Shown here: positions 1 to 10,000 of the stretch, piece by piece
Numbering within the stretch: the stretch's first letter is position 1
How the letters are laid out: the number at the start of each line of letters is the position of its first letter
Source: a virus
Taxonomy: Duplodnaviria; Caudoviricetes
Strand: one strand, 5' to 3'
Virus record (IMG/VR): IMGVR_UViG_3300025191_000001
Coordinates: 1 to 64,000 of that record
Length of the DNA stretch: 64,000 nucleotides
Notes under the pieces: model-generated
Seen by the model: the letters and a program-made list of their open reading frames with translations, nothing else
Told to the model about the DNA's origin: nothing
The model's database searches: none
Position numbers and translations under genes: made by a program

Positions 1-1
1 A

Positions 2-106
2 CAAGACATTGATTCTTTCCTCCCCCACTTACTAGACGACTGGAGAACTCTCCAAGAACAAGCAAGGTTAATAGATGAGGATAAGGCAAGGTATAGAGAT
101 GTTTAA
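2..106 (+). CDS. 3' end of an upstream structural gene (partial)
   Basis: Open frame from the window edge (QDIDSFLPHLLDDWRTLQEQARLIDEDKARYRDV*) ending TAA at 104-106, overlapping the ATG at 99. Confidence 0.6.
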   Translation, partial: QDIDSFLPHLLDDWRTLQEQARLIDEDKARYRDV

Positions 107-602
107 TGTAAGGGTCACTCGTAAAACTCGTAATCTTGAAAAGCTAGTAGAAAAGTTAGAAGCTCTCTCTAAAGAGAACGTCGAAACAGGTGTATTCGCT
201 GAACAAGGTGAACATCCTACTGCTGGAATGTCCTACGTAGACTTAGCTGTTATGCATGAACAAGGTAAAGAAGGCAGCTTTCCTGCACGTACAGTGAGAC
301 CTCTAATACTCAATGCAATGAATAACAAACCTTTCATGGATAGAGTGACGGAGCACCTTAACAAGTATGTGTTCAAAGATGTTAGTCTTAACTATGCGTT
401 AGGTTACATTGGTCAAGACATGGCTATGATGGGTAAATCGTTCTTTGGTGTGCCAAACCTCCCTGACATGCCTAGCAACTCTGATAACACGATAGAGTAT
501 TTTAAAGGCGGTGAAGATACACCTTTAGTAGATGAAGGTTTCTTTAAAGACACTTGGGCTTATAAAACATCCGTTAATAACATTGTAGTGGAGGGTGTAT
601 GA
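99..602 (+). CDS. Putative neck/tail-completion protein (HK97 gp10-like)
   Basis: Position in the head-tail block; VETGVF..HP, HEQG..FPARTVRP and DTPLVDEG motifs; ATG at 99 preferred over 75 because of overlap with the upstream stop. Confidence 0.6.
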   Translation: MFNVRVTRKTRNLEKLVEKLEALSKENVETGVFAEQGEHPTAGMSYVDLAVMHEQGKEGSFPARTVRPLILNAMNNKPFMDRVTEHLNKYVFKDVSLNYALGYIGQDMAMMGKSFFGVPNLPDMPSNSDNTIEYFKGGEDTPLVDEGFFKDTWAYKTSVNNIVVEGV

Positions 603-967
603 TTGATTTAATGAGAACACATTCTATACCTCTTTACAGACGATCTGAGGAAGAAGGGTATCTTAACAATGAGGGTGAATGGGTACAAGCACAATTTAAA
701 GATGCTGAAACACTAGAGTGTAATGTACAACCTTTAAGAAATGGCAAGACTAAAGTAATCCTTCCTGATGGAGTTCGTACTGACCACGTTATCGTTATAA
801 GGTCTTTCACTAAGATAACAGTAGCTGACATGTTAGACGACACAGGGGGCGATGAGGTAGAGTATCAAGGTAAAAGGTTTGAAGCTTTCATGGAGGAGGA
901 TTTCTCTGAGTATGGGCTTATGTCAGACCACTACAAATACTTACTTAAAAGGAAAGACCAACAATGA
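599..967 (+). CDS. Putative head-closure/head-tail adaptor protein
   Basis: G.WV, CNVQP, LPDGVR motifs; synteny; ATGA overlaps. Confidence 0.6.
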   Translation: MIDLMRTHSIPLYRRSEEEGYLNNEGEWVQAQFKDAETLECNVQPLRNGKTKVILPDGVRTDHVIVIRSFTKITVADMLDDTGGDEVEYQGKRFEAFMEEDFSEYGLMSDHYKYLLKRKDQQ

Positions 968-1575
968 ACTTAGATGATTATTTAAAAGGTCTCTCTAAAG
1001 TAACCTCAGAACTTATAGGAAGTAAATTAGCAATAGCTAAGGGTTCTAATCCTATACCATCGGTCTTTATAGCTCGTCAGAAGCATCCTAAGACGTTTTA
1101 TCCTTATGGTGTATGCGACTATATAGGGAAAGGTAATTATGGCGCTAGGAAGGCGTATAGCTCGTTTAACGAGGACTCTACAGAGTTTACTACATACTTC
1201 AATCGTAGGTTAAGACTAAGAGTAGCTTTCTACGGTAAATATGAAGATAACATACTGGACATCGCAGACGAGTTAGCTAGTAGATTAAGAACTGTCAAAG
1301 GGCAGCAAACCTTAAATCTTTATATGCCTCATGCAGGTCTTATGGACGTATCAGAACCTACCTATAGGACAGACCTACTGAATACGGACTACGAAGAGTT
1401 TGCAGCCATAACATTAGACTTCCATATCATATCTGAAATAGTAGACCTTGACTTCTACGTAATAGAGCAAGCTCCTATAAATGGTGATTTGTTTGAGGTA
1501 GATAATGTACCTGAGATAGATACTAACATAGAAGAAATCGCAACCATAACAACAGAGTTTAATCAAAGTAATTAG
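964..1575 (+). CDS. Putative tail terminator/neck protein
   Basis: Immediately upstream of the sheath gene; size and P.YPY motif. Confidence 0.55.
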   Translation: MNLDDYLKGLSKVTSELIGSKLAIAKGSNPIPSVFIARQKHPKTFYPYGVCDYIGKGNYGARKAYSSFNEDSTEFTTYFNRRLRLRVAFYGKYEDNILDIADELASRLRTVKGQQTLNLYMPHAGLMDVSEPTYRTDLLNTDYEEFAAITLDFHIISEIVDLDFYVIEQAPINGDLFEVDNVPEIDTNIEEIATITTEFNQSN

Positions 1576-1583
1576 GAAAAATA

Positions 1584-2945
1584 ATGACCTATAGAAATTT
1601 AACAAACATTGACATTGCGTTGACGGATGTTGGTGTCACAGCGCAAGGCTTTGGTACTCCCCTCTTTGCATCGTCTCACCGTTACTTCCCTGAACGTGTA
1701 CGTGCCTACACATCACTACAAGCTGCTTCAGAAGACCTACCTACAAACTCTAATGCTTATAAAGCGGTTCAAGGTTTCTTCTCAGTGACTCCTGCTCCTG
1801 CTGTTGTAAAGGTTGGACGTAGAGAAGCTAGTTTAGATTTAACTGTTGCCACAGGTGCTACAGGGGCTTCTTTAGTATTCCATGCTAGTGATGCTGGTAC
1901 TCCTTACTCAGTAGTTATTGATATTAGTGGTGAAGCTGACGAGGCTGCTGTAGCTACTGCTATTGCTGCTGCTATTGAAGGTGACACTGACATTCAAGAC
2001 TTAGTTGTTGCAAGTGCAACAGGTGCAACAGTATCTATTGACGTAGCTGGTGTAGGTTCTGAGTTTTGGGTAGCTAACCTATCAAGTGAGCTATCAGAAG
2101 TCTACACCTCAACAGAGACAGCTAGTGAACTTATCACAGAACTTTCTGACGAGGATGACGACTACTACTTCTTTACTTGTGAAGACCACTCAGATACATT
2201 TGTACAAGCAGCGTCTGCTGAGATAGAGGCTCGTCTTAAAATGTACTTTACCTCTGTACAAGCAGTCAACACTCTTACAGCTTACAATGCTGGAGCGGCT
2301 ACGGACTTAGCGGGTGCCATTAAAGATTCTGGTAGAGACCGTACTAAAGTATTCTTCCACCACAACGCCGACACAGTGTTCCCTGAATGTATTCATGTAG
2401 CAGGTAATGCAACGTTTGATGCAGGTAGTGTACTATGGGCTAATATCGCCTTACCATTAAGTGTATCTCAAAACCCTACTACTGGTAAAGCATTAAGCTC
2501 TACTCAGAAAGGTTACTTAGAAGACCGTAATGTTTCTTATATGGAACGTGGTGCGGGTAATGGGGTAGTAACCTCTACATCTATCCTACGTAATAACAAA
2601 GTACCTAGTGGCAATTGGATTTCTACTATTCGTGGTAGAGACAATATGCAAGTAGACCTAGCAGCAGAAATGTTATCACTACTTACATCACAACGTGGTA
2701 AAAAGTTATCTTACACAGATGAAGGTATTGACTTAATCAAATCGTCTGTACGTAATGTATTAGACCTTTATGTTCTACGCAACTTCATTAAAGATAACTA
2801 CGTATTAGAGTTCTTAACAGAATCGCAGTCTTCTGTATCTGATAAGCAAGCTGGCGTATATCGTGGCGGTAAATTCCAATGTGAGCTACAGCAAGGTATC
2901 TTGTTCGTAGACTTATCTGGCTCACTTTCAATCGACTTAGGATAA
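1584..2945 (+). CDS. Tail sheath protein (DUF3383-like)
   Basis: 453 aa; GFGTPLF, ERVRAYTSL, AYKAVQGFFS, YTDEGI motifs; followed by tube gene. Confidence 0.85.
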   Translation: MTYRNLTNIDIALTDVGVTAQGFGTPLFASSHRYFPERVRAYTSLQAASEDLPTNSNAYKAVQGFFSVTPAPAVVKVGRREASLDLTVATGATGASLVFHASDAGTPYSVVIDISGEADEAAVATAIAAAIEGDTDIQDLVVASATGATVSIDVAGVGSEFWVANLSSELSEVYTSTETASELITELSDEDDDYYFFTCEDHSDTFVQAASAEIEARLKMYFTSVQAVNTLTAYNAGAATDLAGAIKDSGRDRTKVFFHHNADTVFPECIHVAGNATFDAGSVLWANIALPLSVSQNPTTGKALSSTQKGYLEDRNVSYMERGAGNGVVTSTSILRNNKVPSGNWISTIRGRDNMQVDLAAEMLSLLTSQRGKKLSYTDEGIDLIKSSVRNVLDLYVLRNFIKDNYVLEFLTESQSSVSDKQAGVYRGGKFQCELQQGILFVDLSGSLSIDLG

Positions 2946-2950
2946 TATAG

Positions 2951-3475
2951 ATGTCAACTTTTATTAGAACTTATAATCCTGATCAAGTACGTGTCAACTG
3001 GGGTGGTAAATTTAACATCGACGGTTTTGCTGACGGTACTTTCATCACAATGACTCGTAACAGTCCTCGTACTGAGGTAGTTGTAGGTGCTAAAGGTGAT
3101 AACGCTATCACTAAAAGTGCTGACTTCTCTGGTATGATTGAGCTTACACTGTTACAGAATGCCCCCGCCAATGAATACCTCTCTTACATTATGTCTTTAG
3201 AGGATATTGCTGGTGATTTGATTAGGGCTATTATTGAGGTTACTGACCCTTCTGGTAGTGTACTATCTATTGCACAACGTTGTCACATTCAAGAACCTGC
3301 CCCTGTAACATTGGGTGATGGTACGAATGCTAAGACTTGGACATTTTACTGTGAAGACTTGAAGTACTTAACTGTACCAAGCGGTCTAGCAGGAAGTCAA
3401 GCTACTCAGACAGCAGCAGCAGCTTACGGTGCATTGAAAACTGTTACAGATAGTCTAAAAACTGTTACACGATAA
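2951..3475 (+). CDS. Tail tube protein (DUF3277-like)
   Basis: TYNPDQV, IDGFADGTFI, VGAKG, IELTLLQ motifs; follows sheath. Confidence 0.85.
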   Translation: MSTFIRTYNPDQVRVNWGGKFNIDGFADGTFITMTRNSPRTEVVVGAKGDNAITKSADFSGMIELTLLQNAPANEYLSYIMSLEDIAGDLIRAIIEVTDPSGSVLSIAQRCHIQEPAPVTLGDGTNAKTWTFYCEDLKYLTVPSGLAGSQATQTAAAAYGALKTVTDSLKTVTR

Positions 3476-3500
3476 TAATTATAATATGTAAACTTGACGG

Positions 3501-3535
3501 AGGGCAAATAGATTAGTTTCTGTTTGCCCTTTTTT
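3501..3535 (+). terminator. Rho-independent terminator after tail tube
   Basis: AGGGCAAATAGA/TCTGTTTGCCCT stem followed by a T-tract. Confidence 0.8.
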
Positions 3536-3552
3536 ATTCAAAGGAGAAAGGT

Positions 3553-4011
3553 ATGTTACCAAGATATTCAGATACAACAGTGAATGGCAAGAACATTCGT
3601 ATTAAATTACTTCTAGCTTTAACAGTAGGTATTCCTACAGCACGTAGACTTATTAATATCATTGCCCCTGCGGTAGGTGGTACATTAGATGGATTACGAC
3701 ATGACGATTTCATTCATGGAGCGCCTAAGACATTTTCTGAGATGGCTCTTGTAGTGTGTAAGCAATTAGAAGAAGCAGAAGTACATCAGATCATATTCAC
3801 TCTCTTAGAACACATGGAAGTAGATAATAAGGTTGTTAACCTAGATGAGTATTTCATGGGTAACTATGGTGAGATGATTGAGATATTAGAGTTTGCCTTA
3901 AAGGAGAACTTCCAAAGTTTTTTTACGGGCAACGGTATGAAGGAGCGTTTTCACAAAGTAGTGGGAATGATAATGTCGGGTCAAACACAAGAAGAGTCCT
4001 CTCAAGAGTAG
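3553..4011 (+). CDS. Tail assembly chaperone (gpG-like, short form)
   Basis: Between tube and tape measure; C-terminal FALKENFQSFF. Confidence 0.8.
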   Translation: MLPRYSDTTVNGKNIRIKLLLALTVGIPTARRLINIIAPAVGGTLDGLRHDDFIHGAPKTFSEMALVVCKQLEEAEVHQIIFTLLEHMEVDNKVVNLDEYFMGNYGEMIEILEFALKENFQSFFTGNGMKERFHKVVGMIMSGQTQEESSQE

Positions 4012-4223
4012 AGAACTGTAAATCTTTCACACAAGAGAAACAGTTATTATACAGGGTTTACAATAGTGAATATAACAAAGAAACTCTGCATACACTTCTT
4101 GAAATGACAGTGAATGAGTTCTTTGACCATTTAGAGGCTGTAACGATATACGAGGATTTGTCTAAAGCTGCTCATAAAGATCACGAGGAAGATATGAAAC
4201 GTAATAACAGAGGTGGAAGATAA
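3553..4223 (+). CDS. Tail assembly chaperone, -1 frameshift-extended form (gpGT-like, ~223 aa)
   Basis: Slippery T TTT TTT at 3918-3924 in X XXY YYZ phase; -1 frame open for 99 codons (YGQRYEGAFSQ...NNRGGR*) to TAA 4221-4223, overlapping the tape-measure ATG. Confidence 0.8.
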
Positions 4224-5305
4224 TGGCTACCAACGTAGAAAAGTTTGTAGTTGATTTAGGGTTCAATGATTCAGACCTAAAGAAACTTAAAGAACTTTTA
4301 AAACTCCAACAGACCGCAAATAGTCATAGTGGTTGTAGTAAGCCTACTAGCAATAGTAATATGAGGAAAGAGAAGGAACTTAATGCTATTACTAATAAAA
4401 GGTTGCAACTTACAAAGTTAATAGCTAGGGCGGATAAAGAGGGTGTAGATACCTCTAGGTATAAAGGTGCAGTAAACTCATCTCAGAAAATTACTAACTT
4501 AGAAAAGTTAAGGTTAGAATTAGAGGAACTTACCTTTAAAGCTAAGGAAGCTAATCAGAAGAAAGTTCAAGCTGCTAAACAGAAAGAGTTAAACACTGAA
4601 AAGAAGATAGCTCAAGAGAAAGTTAAGCAAGATTCTCCTTACATGGCAAATAACCCTGACACAATTAGGAGGAGAGAGACTTACGCAGGTAAGGTTGGAC
4701 TACGTGCGGAGAAAGCCGGTGCCGATCAAATGTCTATAGAGTCTTTTAAAGATCAGGCAAGGGCTGCATATGGAAGTCGAGCTGCAATGGATGAGCTTAG
4801 TCTTGCAGTAGATAAGTATAAGTACAAGCAACGTCAAGCCACTATGAGAACACGGAAGGCTAACATAGCTATGCAAGGGTTGAATGACTCTACAAGGCAT
4901 ATGATTAGGTCTTACGCTTCCTTATATGCTGTCTTTGAAGCTACTTACGCTATCAACAGAACAGGGCAAGAGTTTGAAGCTATGAACTCTGCTATGTTGG
5001 CTGCAACAGGTACTTCTGAGATGGCTGCTGATGAAGTGGCTTTCCTTGATAAGATGACCTCTCGTTTGGGATTGTCCTTATTAGATACCTCAGACGCTTA
5101 CACTAAGTTCTTGTTTTCTTCAAAAGGAAAACTCGACCAAAACCAAACTAGAGAGCTCTTTACAGGGTTGTCTGAGTTAGGCACAACGTTAGGCATTTCT
5201 AAAGAGAGAATGAAACTCTCAATGAATGCAATTACTCAAATGATGAATAAGGGAAAAATTTCTAGTGAAGAACTTCGCTTACAATTAGCGGAGAGCCTGC
5301 CGGGT
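4223..5305 (+). CDS. Tape measure protein, exon 1
   Basis: Tape-measure domain (AITQMMNKGKISSEELRLQLAESLPG) interrupted by an intron after GGT. Confidence 0.85.
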
Positions 5306-6073
5306 AAGTAATTGATTTTAAACAAGTTTTTAATCAAATGCCCCTTTATACAGTAATGTATACAGAAAACCTCTTTAATTGCGGGGAAATCTCGAAAAGT
5401 GTTGACTACTGCCGCATTGTAGTGATATAATGTAGGAACTAACTGTAATGGGTTAGGCAAAGTAAAAATGTCAATAATAGAGACAATCCGCAGCGAAGCC
5501 TCTTTAGAGAGGAACGTTCAAAGACTATCGAAACCACGTTTAATAACGTAAGGGAGTAGAGTAGAAGCCAAGTGGCTTCCAAACAAGAGGGATGTTAAAT
5601 AATGAAAAAATGTAAAATGTGCGAAGAGACTCTTCCATTTTCTAAGTTCCATGCTAGGTCGGATAAAGGCCATAAGAGTGTAGATGACCCTGTGAAATAT
5701 AAAGGTCGGTGTAAGTCGTGTGAATCTTTATTCACAAAGCTGAGATTTTTCAAAATTACTAAACTACAGTACGATGAGTTACGTGAAAGTTGTAAAGATT
5801 GTTGTACTATATGTGGAATAAGTGAAAAAGACGCTTGGATGGGCAGAACCAGACACTATGGATTATATATCGACCACGACCATAAAACAGGGGAGCTACG
5901 AGGGTTGCTTTGTCATAATTGCAATCTTGTAATAGGTCACGCCAAGGATAGCGTAGAGACTTTAGAAAGTGCCATAAAATATTTAACATCGTGATATAGT
6001 CTAGGCTATATGGAGACATATAGAAGTTCATAAGAGAACTGGGAGGTATTAACGACACCTCTTGAATACATCG
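5306..6073 (+). ncRNA. Group I self-splicing intron (768 nt) in the tape measure gene
   Basis: Exon ends in U pairing with GCCC (5340-5343); P AATTGCGGGGAA 5377-5388; Q AATCCGCAGC 5485-5494; R GTTCAAAGACTA 5516-5527; S GTGATATAGTC 5991-6001; P3 CCTCTT/AAGAGG; P8 GATGTTAAAT/ATTTAACATC; terminal G at 6073; in-frame exon join LPG|AIQIF. Confidence 0.92.
5602..5994 (+). CDS. Intron-encoded homing endonuclease, endonuclease VII (His-Me finger) family
   Basis: CTICG...IDHDHKTGELRGLLCHNCN motif, N-terminal CxxC pairs; lies in the P8 loop. Confidence 0.88.
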   Translation: MKKCKMCEETLPFSKFHARSDKGHKSVDDPVKYKGRCKSCESLFTKLRFFKITKLQYDELRESCKDCCTICGISEKDAWMGRTRHYGLYIDHDHKTGELRGLLCHNCNLVIGHAKDSVETLESAIKYLTS

Positions 6074-6937
6074 GCAATCCAAATATTCGCTAGATCAATC
6101 AATAAATCAGAAGCTGAACTTTTCAAAATGATGGAGAATGGAGAACTCCTTGCAGCAGATGTCCTCCCTAAAGTAGCTAAGGAAATGAAGAAAGTTGCTG
6201 CTGTAGGTTTGGAAGATAAACTAGACACCTTACGTGTTGCACAAGGACAATTCTTTAATGAGCTAGAGAAGGCAGGTGACACTATATTCCAAGGCGGCTT
6301 TGCCGAAGGACTTAAAGGTTTGTTCTTTACATTAGGTGAGTTCCTTAAAGAAAATGAACATGCTTTAAAGAGTCTAGGGAAAGTGTTTGGTTTAGTGTTC
6401 AATATAGTCACTATCATTGCTAAAGCCTTCCTCCCTGTAATATCTGTAATAACTAGTTCAATAGGTGTTTTATCAGAAGCACTTAACACTGTGTTTGGAG
6501 ATGAAACCTACCAAAATGTCCTTGCTAACGCAGTAGCAGTAGGCGCTGTAACCGCAGCCGTAATGGGGCTAGTTAGTGCAAATAAAGTTTTAAACACTGT
6601 GCTGAAAGGCCAGTTAGCAACTCGCCTAGCCTTACTTGCAGCAAATCCCGCCGCATGGCCTTTCCTAGCAGCAGCAGGTGTAGGCTTAGGTGTCGCGGCA
6701 TTGGGTAAAGGGGCAGCATCTCTCAGTAAAGCTATTTATGACCCTAATGAGATGAACAAAGCACCGAAGCCTAACACGAGTTACGTATCAGGGGATTACA
6801 CAAGATTCCCAGAGGCGTTGAAGCCCAATTTTGCTAAGGCAATCGAATTATCCATAAAAACTGAGGATGGTTTAGAGGGTAGGATTGTCTCTACGGTAGA
6901 AAGTATGAACTCCAACGCCAGGGTAGAGGTAGTATAA
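6074..6937 (+). CDS. Tape measure protein, exon 2 (spliced product ~648 aa)
   Basis: Continues the tape-measure domain (AIQIFARS..ELFKMMENGELLAADVLP) with hydrophobic Ala/Gly-rich segments; no credible own start. Confidence 0.85.
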   Translation, partial: AIQIFARSINKSEAELFKMMENGELLAADVLPKVAKEMKKVAAVGLEDKLDTLRVAQGQFFNELEKAGDTIFQGGFAEGLKGLFFTLGEFLKENEHALKSLGKVFGLVFNIVTIIAKAFLPVISVITSSIGVLSEALNTVFGDETYQNVLANAVAVGAVTAAVMGLVSANKVLNTVLKGQLATRLALLAANPAAWPFLAAAGVGLGVAALGKGAASLSKAIYDPNEMNKAPKPNTSYVSGDYTRFPEALKPNFAKAIELSIKTEDGLEGRIVSTVESMNSNARVEVV

Positions 6938-7494
6938 TGTCGTCTCAATTATTTCTAAGTTATGAAGTTAATAACAAACCTCAGTTCACGGAACTAACTT
7001 GTACCTCAGAGGTTAGTGTTAACTTTAAGAATAAAGTTAGTAGCTTCCCTGTTGAGAGCGGTTCTTATATATCAGACCATGTTAGTAACTCCCCTGTAGA
7101 GATAACTTTTACAGGGGTAGTGTCAGACATATTTAACTACAGTCTAGATTATGGTGATACGGTAGAGAATACTATAAAGACATTGAAAGCTTTAAGAGAT
7201 TCTAATACCCCCTTCACTGTAAGTATTGCTGACAATCTAGATTCTTACTCTAATTGCGTTTTCACTGACTTTATGATAAGTCAATCCTCTGGTAAAGGGA
7301 CTTCATGGGATGTAAGACTTGGGATGGTGCAAATACAGATAGGTAGTGCTTCGTCTTTAGAGACATACCCAGACAACGAGATAAAAGACCAACACGCAGC
7401 TAAAAACAATCAAGGTAGTAATGCTACAGAGGAGGATTCGTCTTTCTTTGATAGGATAACCTTAACACCTCGTGCTAACATACGTACAAGGTAG
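6937..7494 (+). CDS. Baseplate/tail-tube initiator protein
   Basis: SSFPVESGSYISDH motif typical of genes following the tape measure. Confidence 0.7.
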   Translation: MSSQLFLSYEVNNKPQFTELTCTSEVSVNFKNKVSSFPVESGSYISDHVSNSPVEITFTGVVSDIFNYSLDYGDTVENTIKTLKALRDSNTPFTVSIADNLDSYSNCVFTDFMISQSSGKGTSWDVRLGMVQIQIGSASSLETYPDNEIKDQHAAKNNQGSNATEEDSSFFDRITLTPRANIRTR

Positions 7495-7496
7495 GA

Positions 7497-7868
7497 GTGA
7501 CAATGTTATACATTAATAATTCGAGTTCTCCTTATTCTGAACAGAGAGTCTCTTTAGGGGGGGAGGCTTATACTTTAGTCTTTAAGTTTAATATAAGGAA
7601 TAACTGCTGGTATGTATCTATACTCAACGCCACAGGTACGTCTTCCTTAATAGAAGGGTTACAAGTTAAACCTAACCAAAGCTTGACAGGAAGGTACACA
7701 GATATAGGTTTTCAAGGTGAACTGTGGTGTGTCAGAGTTAAGTCAGAGACCTCCCCTATTTCTGTTGATAACTTAGGAAGAGAGGGTGTTTACCGTCTCG
7801 CTTGGTTGTCTAGGGAGGAAGCATCAGAACTTTCTAACTTAATCCAAGAGGCTAACCTAAATGCCTAA
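7497..7868 (+). CDS. Baseplate protein (plug-like)
   Basis: Q.V.LGG..Y.L.F.FN.R...WY motif; synteny. Confidence 0.6.
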   Translation: MTMLYINNSSSPYSEQRVSLGGEAYTLVFKFNIRNNCWYVSILNATGTSSLIEGLQVKPNQSLTGRYTDIGFQGELWCVRVKSETSPISVDNLGREGVYRLAWLSREEASELSNLIQEANLNA

Positions 7869-8892
7869 TGCAAACTACCTCCGAAGGTACCAACTTTACA
7901 TAGGCTTTCCAGAGGAATACTACAAAGTAAATACCGCTAAGATTAATCAAGGTTCTTACTCTAATGTTATTGACGGCGCTGTGGAAGGTTTTACTGACCT
8001 AAACCCCCCTGAACTTATGACTATCCCTAAAGAGGCTGGTATCTTCTTAGACGACCTAAGAGTCACTTGTGATGTTAGTGGTACTACGGAGAGTTCTGGG
8101 TCTGATACTAGGAAAGCTTCTATAAAGATATACAATGCTAATCAAAACACTCGTGCCAAGTTAAATCAAAAGAACTTGAAAGTAATACTTAAAGCAGGGT
8201 ACTTAGAGGACTTGAATAATGACAGTTTACCCGTCTTAATATCAGGTCAAGTGTCTAGGGTTACTCATAGTAGGGTAGGGAGTAACATAGTAACTACGCT
8301 GCAAGTTAGTGACGGATATACCCCACACACAACATCTAAAGTTAATGTTTCCCTCCCTAGTGATTACCTTAAGCCCATAACAGCTAGGAACGTACTACAG
8401 TACTTAGTTAATGTATGGAAAGCTAATGGGGTAAGTAGTGACAACTCTACAATAGAGTATGACTTTACTTTAGACAGTGTTAAGTATTATGCAGGGTGGA
8501 CAGGTACAGGATACCTTAAAGACGTTATGGATAACTTTTGTGAGCAGAATGGATTAGAGTGGTACACAGTTAACAGTACTCTATATGTACAACGTAAGGG
8601 TAGTGTCCAAGTAAAAGAACTATTCACTCCTAATACAAGTAACCTAGTCCTTATAGAATCTATTGTTAATTCTCAATCATCTTCATCTGAAACAGAAGAA
8701 GTGGGGAGGGTTAAAGTGGAGTTAGTGATGGACGCTAGGATGAAAGAGGGAGCTTTTTTAGAGATACCTAAGAATCTCCTAAGAGGGGATAAAAAAGCTC
8801 TTATAGGTGTTTATAAGATAAAGAAAGTCTCCCACTTATTTGATTCCTTCCAAGGAGTCAGTAGGACAACATTAGAAGGGGATAAAGTGTAA
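7861..8892 (+). CDS. Baseplate hub protein
   Basis: ASIKIYN, VILKAGY, DG motifs; precedes the spike gene. Confidence 0.75.
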   Translation: MPNANYLRRYQLYIGFPEEYYKVNTAKINQGSYSNVIDGAVEGFTDLNPPELMTIPKEAGIFLDDLRVTCDVSGTTESSGSDTRKASIKIYNANQNTRAKLNQKNLKVILKAGYLEDLNNDSLPVLISGQVSRVTHSRVGSNIVTTLQVSDGYTPHTTSKVNVSLPSDYLKPITARNVLQYLVNVWKANGVSSDNSTIEYDFTLDSVKYYAGWTGTGYLKDVMDNFCEQNGLEWYTVNSTLYVQRKGSVQVKELFTPNTSNLVLIESIVNSQSSSSETEEVGRVKVELVMDARMKEGAFLEIPKNLLRGDKKALIGVYKIKKVSHLFDSFQGVSRTTLEGDKV

Positions 8893-9617
8893 TGAGTAAT
8901 TTATACGATATAATTGACAGCCACATAAAAAGGCTCAAGAGTTCTATACACACCTCTATCCCTGCTGTTGTTACTAAGGTGAATACAGAGGGAGACAATA
9001 TCACAACTATCTCTGCGTCTATCGTAGTTAACAAAGTGTACTCCACAGGGGACATCTACAAAAGACCTGAGATAAATAATATTCCTTTGTTGTACCCGTC
9101 TAGTAGTGACTTCTCTCTAACGTTCCCTGTTAAAGTAGGGGATACAGTGTTACTTCTATTCTCCCAAGAAGATATATCTACTTTCATCTTTGAGGGAAAT
9201 ACGAGCAGTACCCCAAATACTTTACGTAAGTTTGATATTAACGACCCTATCGCTATTCCATGTGTACAACCGGTAACTTCAAACATAAAAGCCCACAAGG
9301 ACAATTTCCAGATAACATTTAACGATTTTAAGCTATCTGTAAAGCCCTCTGGTGAGACTTCTCTTGAAACTAGTACTAGCGTATCAACTAACGCACAAAA
9401 CCTCATAGAGAGCGTTACAGAGCGTTATACGGTAGATTCTAGTATTACAGAGGTAACTTCTGATACGGTAACTATAGGGAATGGGTCTGTTGATATAGTT
9501 CAGTACTTATCTGACCTCACTGACGAGATTAGTAAGATTACAGTAGGTGGTACTCCAATAGATAACAAGGCTAAGTTTGAAGTTCTTAAAGAACAGATAG
9601 ACACACTCATTCCATAG
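8892..9617 (+). CDS. Baseplate puncturing spike (Gp138/gpV-like)
   Basis: HTSIPAVV, LTFPVKVGDTVLLLFSQ, RKFDINDPIAIP motifs. Confidence 0.85.
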   Translation: MSNLYDIIDSHIKRLKSSIHTSIPAVVTKVNTEGDNITTISASIVVNKVYSTGDIYKRPEINNIPLLYPSSSDFSLTFPVKVGDTVLLLFSQEDISTFIFEGNTSSTPNTLRKFDINDPIAIPCVQPVTSNIKAHKDNFQITFNDFKLSVKPSGETSLETSTSVSTNAQNLIESVTERYTVDSSITEVTSDTVTIGNGSVDIVQYLSDLTDEISKITVGGTPIDNKAKFEVLKEQIDTLIP

Positions 9618-9624
9618 GTGATAT

Positions 9625-9990
9625 ATGTCCGATATTAAATTAACAAAAGGTGGAGATATTGATCTTACGAGTGGTAGGGTTACATTACTCCCTACTGAAC
9701 AAGAATCCACTACACAAAGACTTCTCATCAAGTTAAAGACTTACAGAGGTGAATGGTACTTAGATATATCTCAGGGTATACCTTACTTCCAAAGAATCTT
9801 TCAGAGAGGGGGCAATGTAAAGAGTGTTGCTGATACAGTGATTAAGAATGCTATTCAAAATGATGAAGGAGTTATATCCTTAGATAGTTTTGAATCTACT
9901 CTTAGTCCTAGTGGCAATTACTCTTTAAACTTTAAAGTGACATCTATCTCTGGTGATATTGTCAGTGTACAACAAAATATAGAATTTTAG
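9625..9990 (+). CDS. Baseplate wedge/sheath initiator (gp25-like)
   Basis: QRL.IKL.TYRGEWYLD...GIPY motif. Confidence 0.75.
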   Translation: MSDIKLTKGGDIDLTSGRVTLLPTEQESTTQRLLIKLKTYRGEWYLDISQGIPYFQRIFQRGGNVKSVADTVIKNAIQNDEGVISLDSFESTLSPSGNYSLNFKVTSISGDIVSVQQNIEF

Positions 9991-10000
9991 AAGGTGATAC

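Noticed and set aside
6062-6073. TTG start making the second tape-measure half an independent gene, or a pseudogene interpretation
   Set aside because: These bases are the 3' end of the intron; splicing restores one continuous domain
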